A DNA stretch of 64,000 bases from an uncultured virus (IMG/VR IMGVR_UViG_3300015608_003726) (IMGVR_UViG_3300015608_003726), one strand, 5' to 3'. Counted from the stretch's first letter, positions 42,403 to 52,162 are shown. Numbers and translations are program-made. Notes: generated by a model from the letters alone, not told the origin.

Positions 42403-43125
42403 TTACCTACCTCCAGACAAATCTCGTGTACCGTCGCCGGAAATAGGCGGAAGCCCATATCTATCATCCAGATTAGACTCATAAAATCTATTACCTATAC
42501 GTTTAACTCCCTTAAGAATCTGCCTTCCTTGAAGAACGTTGTTTAATAAATCTTTTCCTTCTTGTTTCATAATTTTAGAATAATCTGACTGATTCGGAGA
42601 CGCTCCAGAAAAGTGTTTATCAAAAAGACTTGCAGCTGCATATTTTGCAGAAATTAAGGATATAGGATCTGGATACTTTATTCTTAAAATTCTAGTTGAA
42701 TCAGAAGAATAATGACCAATTAATGAATCTTGTATCTCAATAATAGAATTATTAACAACAGAGCTTACTATATGTCTTTCTTCATACGATCCATCAATAA
42801 ATACAATAGTATCTCCAGGGTGTAATAAATTTGCGTCCTGAATTTCTATAGAATCATTATATTCATCAATATTTGCAAGCAACTCAAATTCAACATCAAC
42901 CATTTCACGTAAGGGCACAACATATAATACACTAAGAGCGGCATCGATCTCTGCATCTGCCCAAATAATATGCTGATAAATCAAATCGTCAGATATTAAA
43001 TTCTGTTTAAAAGCAGATCCAAATTGTATTAGAGGAAGAGGGTCATCAGTAGCGGACGCTGAAGTTCCTGTTGTTAAAGAATTTGCGATAACGCTATTAA
43101 CCTGCTGTATGGTAGAGTACCCCAT
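42403..43125 (-). CDS. Head-tail connector, Mu gp36/DUF1320-like, with an inserted beta domain
   Basis: MGYSTIQQV start, ADAEIDAALSVLYVVPL, P.PISLIS and a C-terminal L..V..G...L pattern; AAGGAG RBS. Confidence 0.65.
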   Translation of the reverse strand: MGYSTIQQVNSVIANSLTTGTSASATDDPLPLIQFGSAFKQNLISDDLIYQHIIWADAEIDAALSVLYVVPLREMVDVEFELLANIDEYNDSIEIQDANLLHPGDTIVFIDGSYEERHIVSSVVNNSIIEIQDSLIGHYSSDSTRILRIKYPDPISLISAKYAAASLFDKHFSGASPNQSDYSKIMKQEGKDLLNNVLQGRQILKGVKRIGNRFYESNLDDRYGLPPISGDGTRDLSGGR

Positions 43126-43152
43126 ATTACTCCTTATTTTGTAATATTAAAA

Positions 43153-44211
43153 CTATATGATATCAGACAAAGAATCTTCCTTGCTTTTCTTGTGAGCTAC
43201 CGTTGCAGATATAAGAAGACCTTCTACCACTGAATTTCGAGGATTTCTCGCATGTCTTACTGTTTTTATTTGAAATGGAAGTTGCATTTTTCTTATAACG
43301 CTTTCAAGCCTCTTACAAAAACCATCTGGCATTGAAGTACCGCCTGCAACTACAACTTCTAAAGGATAATCGTATTGACTTTTTACTTCCATAAATTTCT
43401 TAGCAAAATTCTTCAAAACCACAGTCATCATTTTTTCATAATATGTATCTAAAGCAAAGAGAATATCATTATCCATATCTATATTATTAAAATTAAACTT
43501 CTTTTCCTTTGCATCTATAACCTGAGAAATAGGACATCCTGTTTGTTCAGAAACATTCTTATCAATGTAATCTCCGCTCATAGCGCACGACATTCCAACA
43601 ACAGTAAGACCCTTATACGAAAGTACGCAGTTAGATCTTCCGGCTCCGTAGCTTATTCCAATACCAGTATAGGGAACCTCTGATCCATCCGCCTGAATCG
43701 CAACTGGCCTTTCAGATAATATAACCGCCTGAGCCTCTTCAATAACCTTAACCTTCCATCCTAATCGCTTAAACATTGCTTCCAGCCTAGCTCTATGAAA
43801 TGCGCTATCAGAAGATCCGTCAACAGATTCAGAAGAAACGCAAGTACAAACCCATGAATTATCGGTCGGAGCGCTTCCGATTGAAGATTCTATCATCTGA
43901 GACATAATAAGAGTCTTCTTTTCTTCATTTTTATTTAAAACACCATCTTGCATCGGCCTTCTTATTTCTATACTACCAGGAAACATTTTTGCAACCTGTA
44001 AACTATCCTCTCCTATTACATAATAATTATTACCATCTCTTATGAACTGCCAATTATTTCTTTTCAATATGCCTTCTATATCATCTATTGGAGCCATTTC
44101 AACAAAAGCATTTCTAATAATTTTTGTTTTTATTTCTTTGCTTTCATTGTATTCTGCGGTTTGAAAAAACATAGTTCCGCAATCAACCCCAGTAATTCTA
44201 TCTTCTGCCAT
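43153..44211 (-). CDS. Actin-fold ATPase, volactin-like
   Basis: Phosphate-1 GVDCGT, RRPMQDGVL, connect-1 IEEAQA, phosphate-2 GISYGAGRSN, SGDYID, adenosine VVVAGGTSMPDGF; AGGAG RBS. Confidence 0.9.
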   Translation of the reverse strand: MAEDRITGVDCGTMFFQTAEYNESKEIKTKIIRNAFVEMAPIDDIEGILKRNNWQFIRDGNNYYVIGEDSLQVAKMFPGSIEIRRPMQDGVLNKNEEKKTLIMSQMIESSIGSAPTDNSWVCTCVSSESVDGSSDSAFHRARLEAMFKRLGWKVKVIEEAQAVILSERPVAIQADGSEVPYTGIGISYGAGRSNCVLSYKGLTVVGMSCAMSGDYIDKNVSEQTGCPISQVIDAKEKKFNFNNIDMDNDILFALDTYYEKMMTVVLKNFAKKFMEVKSQYDYPLEVVVAGGTSMPDGFCKRLESVIRKMQLPFQIKTVRHARNPRNSVVEGLLISATVAHKKSKEDSLSDII

Positions 44212-44225
44212 ATATTCTCCTATCT

Positions 44226-44759
44226 TTATAACAAGCTATCTAATTCATCAATATTGTTTTGTATGTCATTTTTCTGAACATTTTCTGAATGAGATATATT
44301 CCCTTTTGCATTTGTATTAAGTCTGTTCAATGACCTTGTATGTATATCGACTAGATCTTTTTCGTCCACATAATCTTCTTCTTTATCTGTTTTTACAGTT
44401 TTGTCAGAAGAAGCTATTATTGAAAGTTGTTCTAATATTTTTTGTATATAAGAATTATCTACATTTGTTTCGCTTTTTACTAAACGAGACTCCATAAGAT
44501 TTGAAAGTCTTTTTTCCATTTCATCTAAATTATCTTTTGTTATTGAAGTATTATTTTTTTCTTCTGTTTTCGAAAAAATATCATCCTTCCTCAGAATCTT
44601 AATAATGCCTTTATTTATACCTATTGATAACGAACTTGATTTTTCAATATTATGTCTATTATAACTTAAATCCAAGTCTATTTTTTGATTAGGTTTAAGG
44701 CTTATTTTTAAATCCGATAGAGATATTTCTTTGTCTGAAATATTTTGAACTATATACAT
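44226..44759 (-). CDS. Hypothetical protein (177 aa) with a central coiled coil; candidate actin partner
   Basis: Ends 14 nt before the actin gene; heptad-like LDEMEKRLSNLMESRL; acidic amphipathic C-terminus NNIDELDSLL. Confidence 0.7.
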   Translation of the reverse strand: MYIVQNISDKEISLSDLKISLKPNQKIDLDLSYNRHNIEKSSSLSIGINKGIIKILRKDDIFSKTEEKNNTSITKDNLDEMEKRLSNLMESRLVKSETNVDNSYIQKILEQLSIIASSDKTVKTDKEEDYVDEKDLVDIHTRSLNRLNTNAKGNISHSENVQKNDIQNNIDELDSLL

Positions 44760-44761
44760 TT

Positions 44762-44950
44762 CTACATTCTCTTTATTCTTGGATATGGTTTCATGTTATC
44801 TGAGAATTGCAAAATATTAATAGACTCCTGTCCGCTTTTCTGACACTTAGGACAATAATAGTATATCTTTTGATCTCTAAAATTAATCTCAATAATAGGA
44901 TCTTCTTTTTCTGAATGACCGCAATATTTACATACGCAAATTATTTTCAT
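44762..44950 (-). CDS. Small zinc-ribbon protein (62 aa)
   Basis: CKYC...CPKC; overlaps the end of the upstream gene and abuts the next start. Confidence 0.75.
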   Translation of the reverse strand: MKIICVCKYCGHSEKEDPIIEINFRDQKIYYYCPKCQKSGQESINILQFSDNMKPYPRIKRM

Positions 44951-47144
44951 TTATGTTATTTATATTTAAATTTGTATTTAATATAATGTCATTTATTATA
45001 TCTTGATAATAAGACGAACCTGCTTCTTTTATATTAGAAGATATTCTTATATTTGCTATATCGCAAATTTGAGATATAGCAGATTTGAATAATGAAAATT
45101 TCATATCCATACTTGCAATTGTTTTTTGTTCAAAATCAGGATTAGAATCAAATTTATCAAATTTACCTTGAGAAATATTCTGATAAGCTCCCACAGAAGG
45201 ATGATCAGATCTTCCTCCTGGATATTTACCCTGTCTTACGCCTGTATGCGTTCTTAAAAGAGACAAAAAAGATAACAACAGATCTTTCGAATACTTACCA
45301 GTAGAACCAAGATACATCAGATATTGACCAATTTCGTCTATAGCCAATTCTGCAGTAACATATACTCTTTTGTAGTAATCAGATAGTGCGTCTTTATAAA
45401 AAGACTGTAGTTGAGCAAAATAATTAGGATCGTTTGTTTTTAATTCCGGAACAATAAGGCCGGAAGATGGGTCCTTACTAAACAAAGATCCAAAATCTGC
45501 AATAAATCTATTTATTTCGCTAGGGGATATCTTCTTAAGAGAAAACTGTAAAAGAGGAATTGGGTTTATTCTAAAATCATCAAATGATGGCATTTCTTGA
45601 AAAACAGGAGGCTGTCCATTTTCCTTAGCAGAATTGTTAACTTCTTTAACGATTCTTGCTCCATGTTCCATACTAATAAGTTTGCTCCATTTTATATTAT
45701 TAAAATCAATCTGGAAATCTTTATTAATTTGCAAACCCATCTTTTTAATATTCTTAAGAGCATCTGGATTGTTAGGATCTATTGCAGATTCAATTTGACT
45801 CATACCTGCGCTAACCATTCCGTCTATAAATGCTGCTCTCTTGGCGGTTGATCTTCCTTGATCTTTCTTCCTTCTCATATAAGAAACAACATCGCCTGAA
45901 AGAGATCTCATTTGATCAGCTAATCTTTTAAAAGAATTGCTAATTGCAGAAATGATGTCCAAATTAGCCCCTTTATCAGACTCGGCAGAATCTAAAGCAA
46001 TACTTCTTTCATTTTTCTTTTTATCTGCTATATCAACAGTTGCTCCTTCATCATCTACTGCAAACTGAGCAGGACCTCTTAATTCTTTTTTACCTCCAGG
46101 TTTTATAACCGTTTTATTAGAAAGTTTTCTTCCTACATATTCTTCTACTTCTCCGGATCTGTGAGACATAAGATCGAGAAGTGTTTCTGTTAATTCATCT
46201 GCATTTTCATACATATATTTAAATGCTTCGCCTTCATTGCTTGGCATGTTCTCAGAAATATGAGATGGAATAAATTCTGGATATTCCCAGAAAAAATTAA
46301 GCCTTTGATCTTGAAACGTTCTCGTTCTTCCTCCTCCTGATTTAACTTTTGATTTTCCTCCTATTTCTGCTTTAAAAGCGTAATCTTTTATTAAATCAAA
46401 CGGATTAACAGAGCTTCCATATTCTTCTAGAATTTGATTTATAAACTCTGGATAAGAATCTATAAACGTATTAGCCAACTGCTCAGGACTAACTCCGTCA
46501 GGAACTTCATCCCAATTAATATTTTCATTATTATTACCAGAGGATATTTCAGACTTAGCTTGTTCAAAAAGTCCTGCATTACCATTTTGAATTCCTATCT
46601 GATTTAAAATAGCATCAGGAGCATTAGAAGTATATTCAACTGGCGGATTAAGCTTGTGTCCATAATCCTTAATCCACTGTTTCATTTGTTGTTTCAATTG
46701 CCATTTCTGATAAACAGCATTCCATTTAGAAGAATTTATATTAGAAATATAATCATCTGGAATTCTTGCATCAGAACCTCCATTTTTATTAAGCCAATCC
46801 CACATATCTTTAGGATAAACTAAAGTCACTTTTTGCATTCTCGGCTTAACAAAAGATGGATCATTTTTTACTTCCATCAATGCGTCTCTTACTGCGTAAA
46901 GTATTGAAGGACTTATTTCTGCATCATTCTCAGGTATTATTCTTTTCATCTTCAGCATATCAAGAACATATTCAGAAGCTTCTGCATAGTCTATATCAAA
47001 ACCCTTAGACTTACGATCTTTAATATAATTAAGCATTATGTTTTTAACATAATTTTTCATAGAATTTGCAATAGCAGGATCCCCAGCAGAAGAAGGAGCA
47101 ATAGAATCTGCTAACTTTTTAAGAAAATTTCTTATATTAAACAT
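44928..47144 (-). CDS. Hypothetical protein (~738 aa), possibly an internal head protein
   Basis: Long ORF; the likely start MFNIRNFLKKLAD follows AGGGTGA; no recognisable domain. Confidence 0.65.
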   Translation of the reverse strand: MFNIRNFLKKLADSIAPSSAGDPAIANSMKNYVKNIMLNYIKDRKSKGFDIDYAEASEYVLDMLKMKRIIPENDAEISPSILYAVRDALMEVKNDPSFVKPRMQKVTLVYPKDMWDWLNKNGGSDARIPDDYISNINSSKWNAVYQKWQLKQQMKQWIKDYGHKLNPPVEYTSNAPDAILNQIGIQNGNAGLFEQAKSEISSGNNNENINWDEVPDGVSPEQLANTFIDSYPEFINQILEEYGSSVNPFDLIKDYAFKAEIGGKSKVKSGGGRTRTFQDQRLNFFWEYPEFIPSHISENMPSNEGEAFKYMYENADELTETLLDLMSHRSGEVEEYVGRKLSNKTVIKPGGKKELRGPAQFAVDDEGATVDIADKKKNERSIALDSAESDKGANLDIISAISNSFKRLADQMRSLSGDVVSYMRRKKDQGRSTAKRAAFIDGMVSAGMSQIESAIDPNNPDALKNIKKMGLQINKDFQIDFNNIKWSKLISMEHGARIVKEVNNSAKENGQPPVFQEMPSFDDFRINPIPLLQFSLKKISPSEINRFIADFGSLFSKDPSSGLIVPELKTNDPNYFAQLQSFYKDALSDYYKRVYVTAELAIDEIGQYLMYLGSTGKYSKDLLLSFLSLLRTHTGVRQGKYPGGRSDHPSVGAYQNISQGKFDKFDSNPDFEQKTIASMDMKFSLFKSAISQICDIANIRISSNIKEAGSSYYQDIINDIILNTNLNINNINENNLRM

Positions 47145-47197
47145 AAAAATCACCCTATTATAATAATGGCATAATTAAAAACAGATAACAACTTAAA

Positions 47198-47225
47198 TAT
47201 TACAATTTACAACGCAAAAAACCTT
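47198..47225 (-). promoter_or_regulatory. Putative phage promoter AAGG-N17-TGTAATA upstream of the gene run leading to the actin gene
   Basis: Intergenic; matches the motif at 36495-36522. Confidence 0.55.
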
Positions 47226-48094
47226 TAGTTAATCAAAGAAAGGGCATCTTCTGTTGTAATGCAATTTTTTTCATTTATATCGCATCCTATATAAGAAAAT
47301 CCATTCTTCTTGGCAGCAATAGCCGTAGATCCGCTTCCTACAAAAGGATCAAACACAACGCCGCCAGGAGGACAAGAAGCAACAATGGGTATCTCTGCTA
47401 GTTCTACAGGATAAACAGCGCAGTGACCTGTTTTCCTTTTCTTATCAACATCAACTGTCCAAACCGATCTTCTTTCTTTTCTAAAATCAAAACAATCATT
47501 TCTGCTTTCTATCCATTTAGCTTTTTGATAATTAAAATAATATTTTTGTTTTTGAGTGAAAAGAAAAAATGGCTCAAAATCTATAGTAAATCTATTTTCA
47601 GCAGTTGTGGGCTGAGTTGTCTTTTTGTGCCATATTGTCATATTTCTACATAACCAGTTATATTTATCTGTCATCTGTATTGCAAATCTATAAGGAATCA
47701 TTAATAATGATCTTCTTGGATAGTTTTTTTGATATTTATTTGATTTTAGTCTATGTTTTCCTATTGATGGATTATCATTATTTTCATTATCAAAAAATCC
47801 ACCAGAATTTTCATTATAACTATCGCCTATGTTTATCCACATAGAACCTTCTTTTTTTAGTATTCTTTTGCAAGAATCAAAAAAAAGACTTATTCTATTA
47901 ATATATTCTATAACATCTTTTTCTAAACCTATTTGTCCATCAGATCCATAATCGCGCTGCTGCCAATAAGGAGGAGAAGTTACTATACAATCTATGCAAT
48001 TATCAGGCATAGAAGATACGCATTCAAAACAATCTCCGCAAATAATTTGGTTTTTTATACTATTAAAATCAAATATATTCTTACAAGATATCAT
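47225..48094 (-). CDS. Orphan DNA methyltransferase, beta class (N4-C/N6-A family; SPPY suggests m4C)
   Basis: Catalytic IVTSPPYW precedes the SAM-binding VFDPFVGSGST; HCAVYP. Confidence 0.93.
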   Translation of the reverse strand: MISCKNIFDFNSIKNQIICGDCFECVSSMPDNCIDCIVTSPPYWQQRDYGSDGQIGLEKDVIEYINRISLFFDSCKRILKKEGSMWINIGDSYNENSGGFFDNENNDNPSIGKHRLKSNKYQKNYPRRSLLMIPYRFAIQMTDKYNWLCRNMTIWHKKTTQPTTAENRFTIDFEPFFLFTQKQKYYFNYQKAKWIESRNDCFDFRKERRSVWTVDVDKKRKTGHCAVYPVELAEIPIVASCPPGGVVFDPFVGSGSTAIAAKKNGFSYIGCDINEKNCITTEDALSLIN

Positions 48095-48111
48095 TTATTA
48101 ATATCGTCTTT

Positions 48112-48900
48112 TTATTCAAAAACCGTTCCTCCTCTTTCGTCTACGTGAGGAGTTACGTTTCTAGGAACAGGCATATTAATAACTTCTTGAGCATGATCCT
48201 TTCTGTAACATGCATCAATGTCTTGTACAATCTTCGCTCTCATACATGAACTGTACGTCATTTCAACAAAAGAAAGACCGTCTACGCCTTTTAATCTCTT
48301 AACAGCATCTGCCAATCCATTCATTTGATAACGAAGATCAGACTGATACATGTCTCCTGTTAAAACCACCTTTGAATCATTGCATATACGAGTCAATAAA
48401 AGGTGTAACTGTTGAGGAGTAGCATTCTGGCTTTCATCTGCGCATACATAAGATCTTTTAAAATTAATTCCTCTCATATAAGCAAAAGGAAGAACAATAA
48501 TCTTTCTTGTTTCGATCATTTCTTTTATATCGCTATCTTCAAAGTAATCTCTAACAACCTCATACATAGGCATCATGAATGGAGCAGTTTTTGCATCAAA
48601 ACTACCTGGTAAGTAACCAAGTTTTTCTCCTGCTTCTACGCAAGGTCTTGTAAAAATAATTCTATCAAAATTTCCTCTTTTTAATTCTTGTAAACCATAC
48701 CCAACAGCAAGTTTTGTTTTACCAGTACCAGGAACTCCTACCAAAAATGTAACAATATTTTCATGTATGCTCTTTAAGGCCAGTCTTTGCTCTTCGCTTT
48801 GAGCAATTACTTTTACTATTTTATCGGAAGTTGATTTATTCGAAGAAGATAAAGCATAATCTTGATCCATAAGCTTCGTTTTAACAGCTTTCTTTGCCAT
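48112..48900 (-). CDS. phoH: PhoH-family ATPase
   Basis: GVPGTGKT, RPCVEAGEKLGYLPG, YMRG, DESQN, GD..QSD. Confidence 0.95.
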   Translation of the reverse strand: MAKKAVKTKLMDQDYALSSSNKSTSDKIVKVIAQSEEQRLALKSIHENIVTFLVGVPGTGKTKLAVGYGLQELKRGNFDRIIFTRPCVEAGEKLGYLPGSFDAKTAPFMMPMYEVVRDYFEDSDIKEMIETRKIIVLPFAYMRGINFKRSYVCADESQNATPQQLHLLLTRICNDSKVVLTGDMYQSDLRYQMNGLADAVKRLKGVDGLSFVEMTYSSCMRAKIVQDIDACYRKDHAQEVINMPVPRNVTPHVDERGGTVFE

Positions 48901-49309
48901 CTGGCCTCCGTATTGATGGAACTAAAAGTACATAAGAATTATCTAATGGCATGCACGAAACGCCATTAAAAATATGCTTAATATAAAAATATGAATATTT
49001 ATTGATAAGATTTATATTAATATATTCCCAGAAATCTTTTCTTATTTTGTAAACTTCTCCAGAAAGGACTTTTATTCTAATTGAAATTAAATCAATATCA
49101 AATCTTGCTTTAATTGAATCTAATTCATAATCTACCTGATTGATAATAGATATATCATTTTCTTCTTTATTAATAAATTGACATAAAAACATTCTTTCTT
49201 TATCTGATAAAGAATTTAATAATTTTTCTTTTTGAAAATCATTAAGATTTCTTGTTAGAAAATGAAATTCATCAAAGCTTTCAAAGATTGTCTCAACATC
49301 ATATGACAA
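48881..49309 (-). CDS. Hypothetical protein (142 aa)
   Basis: TTG start with GGAG upstream; overlaps the phoH start. Confidence 0.6.
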   Translation of the reverse strand: MSYDVETIFESFDEFHFLTRNLNDFQKEKLLNSLSDKERMFLCQFINKEENDISIINQVDYELDSIKARFDIDLISIRIKVLSGEVYKIRKDFWEYININLINKYSYFYIKHIFNGVSCMPLDNSYVLLVPSIRRPDGKESC

Positions 49310-49422
49310 TCAAAATTTCTCCATAGAATACTTTAAAAAATAAGATATAATACAATACACAAATATAAAAATGCTCAGTTAAAATCCTTTGTGTAAAAAA
49401 ATATTAACTATGTATTAAACAA

Positions 49423-49704
49423 TTAATGACCTAATACTCTAATTTCTCCCATAGAAAGCCAGTATTTATTATTATCATCTATAGAATTATCTATAAATTT
49501 CAAAACAAGAGAAGGATCTAAATTAACGCCAAATCCATCAGTACATGACAGTATGGCAATTTTTATAGATGGTGCCATTCTTGAAAGAACTGGATCTACT
49601 CCCTTAGATATTTTTTCTTTTAAATCAGAAGATGGAATAAAATAAATAACAATTTTAGGATCATTCAACGCATTGTATAATTTATTAATTTGTTCTTTGT
49701 TCAT
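49423..49704 (-). CDS. Hypothetical protein (93 aa)
   Basis: Fills the gap; preceded by the GTCGATA motif. Confidence 0.6.
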   Translation of the reverse strand: MNKEQINKLYNALNDPKIVIYFIPSSDLKEKISKGVDPVLSRMAPSIKIAILSCTDGFGVNLDPSLVLKFIDNSIDDNNKYWLSMGEIRVLGH

Positions 49705-49721
49705 ACCATTCTTTATCGACC

Positions 49722-49759
49722 AAAAAAATAAAACGAAAGATTTTATTCTTTCGTTTTAT
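49722..49759 (-). terminator. Intrinsic terminator after the Hsp20 gene
   Basis: 13-bp perfect stem ataaaacgaaaga / tctttcgttttat followed by a T-run on the minus strand. Confidence 0.75.
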
Positions 49760-49783
49760 GGTAAACATAAACATATCATAATG

Positions 49784-50239
49784 CTACTCTATTTTTATTT
49801 CTATTTGATCTTCTGTTTTCTTCTGTTTGATTGCGATAATTTTTAAAATTCCTTCTTCAACAGATGCTTTAACATTTTTATTATCAATTTTAAACGGTAA
49901 AGAAATAGATTTTTCAATACTAGAATTATTAATAATTCTATTATAGAATTTTCTATTTTTATTTTCCTGTTTTTCTTTCTTAGAACACGAAATAATTACT
50001 TTATCGTAGTTATTAAAATTTTTAATCAAAAGAGAAATTTCTTCTTTTTTAAAACCTACTACAGGAATTTCCAAAACAAGAGATCCATCTTCTTCTTCAT
50101 ACATATCAAAATCATCACTAAATCGTCTATCTATACTTTTGTTAAAATTACCATTAAAACCAATAGAATCTAAATCTTTCATACTTCTACTAAAAATATC
50201 ATCAAAAGTAACAATGTCTGTTATCATTTTATTTAACAT
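49784..50239 (-). CDS. Small heat-shock protein (Hsp20/alpha-crystallin)
   Basis: DMYEEE..LEIPVVGFKKEEI, ISLP..ID..VKASVEEGILKI, terminal IEIKIE; AAGGAGGT RBS. Confidence 0.9.
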   Translation of the reverse strand: MLNKMITDIVTFDDIFSRSMKDLDSIGFNGNFNKSIDRRFSDDFDMYEEEDGSLVLEIPVVGFKKEEISLLIKNFNNYDKVIISCSKKEKQENKNRKFYNRIINNSSIEKSISLPFKIDNKNVKASVEEGILKIIAIKQKKTEDQIEIKIE

Positions 50240-50333
50240 AATACCTCCTTAACAAAAAAATGATAATAAACAAATATAATTAGATTTATATATTCGTATA
50301 ATTACAATAAAATATTTAAAATTCCACGCAAAA

Positions 50334-51629
50334 TTAACTGCCAGAACTGAATAAATATCTGAACCACCTGCTTCTTCCTCCAGGAAGAGTAAATTCCGGA
50401 GTAACAACCGCCTTGATAGAAGGATATCTGCCAAACTTTTTCTGATCAACTAATTTATTAAATTCATCTTCGTAATTCTTTTTTAATGTTTCCATATTAC
50501 TAAAGGCTTTCTGAGCAGCATCTGGTCCTCCAAAAACTTTTTGAGGCTGCTGAAATTGAAGACATAAAAGAAGATTTCTTATGGCATCTTTAGCAGCTCC
50601 ATAAAGTATTATAGGAATATAACTATCAGGTATATTAAAAATAGAATATGTACTTTGAGGAGGGTAAAAGTTAACAGTAGAGAGAGCATTCATTAAAAAT
50701 CTGTCTAATTGATCATCGCTAAACCATTTAAAATTGTAATCAGCATTAATAACATCGTATTGAGTCTGAGAATTATCAAATATTATTTTACCATAAAAAT
50801 AATCTATAGTATAGCCTGATTCTATGATTTTATTGTTTCTATAAATTCTAGTTCCGTAAGCCTGATTCCATTTTGGGAATGTTAGTTTAAATATTTTTCT
50901 TGCTAAATCGGGATTGCCCTGCTCGTAATAAACAGGTATTTTCTGCGCACAACAAATCATTTCGCTAAGCGCAAGTCTTATCTCTCCAAAACGAGATCCA
51001 TAAAACTGAACGCTCGCATTTAAAGTATCTCCGCTCGAAGATATAACTATTTCTTGAAGTTCTTGTTCCGAAAATCCATTAATAGTATAAGACCAAGTAA
51101 CTATATATTTTCCTACTTCTAAATCGATAGGAATAGACCAATCAAATGTATATAATCCTGGTTTTATGTAGTCAGGACTTACGTCAGTTAAAGCATCTGT
51201 ACCGTCTTTTGACACGGTAAGAGAAATAGATTCAGCCGTAAGAGGATTCCCGTGTACATCTGTCAGACTTAAAAACAGAACGCCTTGAGTTCCCTGTACA
51301 AATTTACCTCTTATATCAGGAATAGCCTTTACTTCCGATTCTGTAACAGAATCGAATGGTCCGACAGATTGAACTGCAAAAACAGACTCTGATCCCATCG
51401 ATGGAACTATTTCCCATGAAACAGTATATATAATATTATCTTCAACTTCTAATTCATATTCATATACGCCAGTATCAGAATTTGTAACTGAAGTATTATC
51501 TGATACTACAATATTACCATCCTGATCTTTAACTCCATATGAAGAATCCTCTGAAGATAAAGATACTGAATAAGCGTTTTCTAAAACGCCATCTACTTTA
51601 TATTCTATATAAATTCTTTTTGTTGTCAT
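50334..51629 (-). CDS. Putative head-tail adaptor/neck protein with two N-terminal Ig-like domains
   Basis: Repeated units (TGVYEYE..VSW; PGLYTFDW..GKYIVTW), then a helical connector-like WFSDDQLDRFL..P..YIPIILYGA region. Confidence 0.5.
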   Translation of the reverse strand: MTTKRIYIEYKVDGVLENAYSVSLSSEDSSYGVKDQDGNIVVSDNTSVTNSDTGVYEYELEVEDNIIYTVSWEIVPSMGSESVFAVQSVGPFDSVTESEVKAIPDIRGKFVQGTQGVLFLSLTDVHGNPLTAESISLTVSKDGTDALTDVSPDYIKPGLYTFDWSIPIDLEVGKYIVTWSYTINGFSEQELQEIVISSSGDTLNASVQFYGSRFGEIRLALSEMICCAQKIPVYYEQGNPDLARKIFKLTFPKWNQAYGTRIYRNNKIIESGYTIDYFYGKIIFDNSQTQYDVINADYNFKWFSDDQLDRFLMNALSTVNFYPPQSTYSIFNIPDSYIPIILYGAAKDAIRNLLLCLQFQQPQKVFGGPDAAQKAFSNMETLKKNYEDEFNKLVDQKKFGRYPSIKAVVTPEFTLPGGRSRWFRYLFSSGS

Positions 51630-52162
51630 TATCTAACTCCAGAATTAATTTGTATCGAATCGTCTCTATTTTCTGAACCAAAAGTAATAGTAATTTTTGA
51701 AGAAGAATCTTGATCTATATTTTTAGAAATAACAATGTCTGGCTCTATAGATTCAGATCCTGTTGTTAACGTTATAGACTGATCATTTCCAACTGGTGTG
51801 TCGCTTGCGTTTTCTACTACAATATTAGAATGACCTACATTAACATTTATTTCATTACCAGAACCAGAACCGGAAGACACATTAGAAATTTTCATATCTA
51901 AATTTTCTGCGTCTTGAGGATTTATACTTACAAATGTTAATATTGTAGAAGATTGCCCTTGTTGATAAAATTTTACTCCGCCTCTAAAATTATCCGGAAA
52001 AGCAGAATAATGCCACAAATAATACCCATTACCAACCTCATAGAATCCAGAAGAAATAGCAGATCCAACATTTGCAAGAGAAGAATCTACTAATTGAGCA
52101 TTAAGGGTTAGTCCTGTTTTGCTTCCGCCTAAAGCAAGAGATATATCTAATGTATACGACAT
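51629..52162 (-). CDS. Putative virion protein (177 aa)
   Basis: TGLTLNAQL..FYEVGNGYY N-terminal domain resembles that of 61817..62512. Confidence 0.6.
   Translation of the reverse strand: MSYTLDISLALGGSKTGLTLNAQLVDSSLANVGSAISSGFYEVGNGYYLWHYSAFPDNFRGGVKFYQQGQSSTILTFVSINPQDAENLDMKISNVSSGSGSGNEINVNVGHSNIVVENASDTPVGNDQSITLTTGSESIEPDIVISKNIDQDSSSKITITFGSENRDDSIQINSGVR

Noticed and set aside
26181..43125. Extracellular contractile injection system or tailocin
   Set aside because: No sheath, PAAR/VgrG or AAA ATPase is recognisable. Head-tail connectors, the chaperone frameshift, PhoH and Hsp20 indicate a phage.
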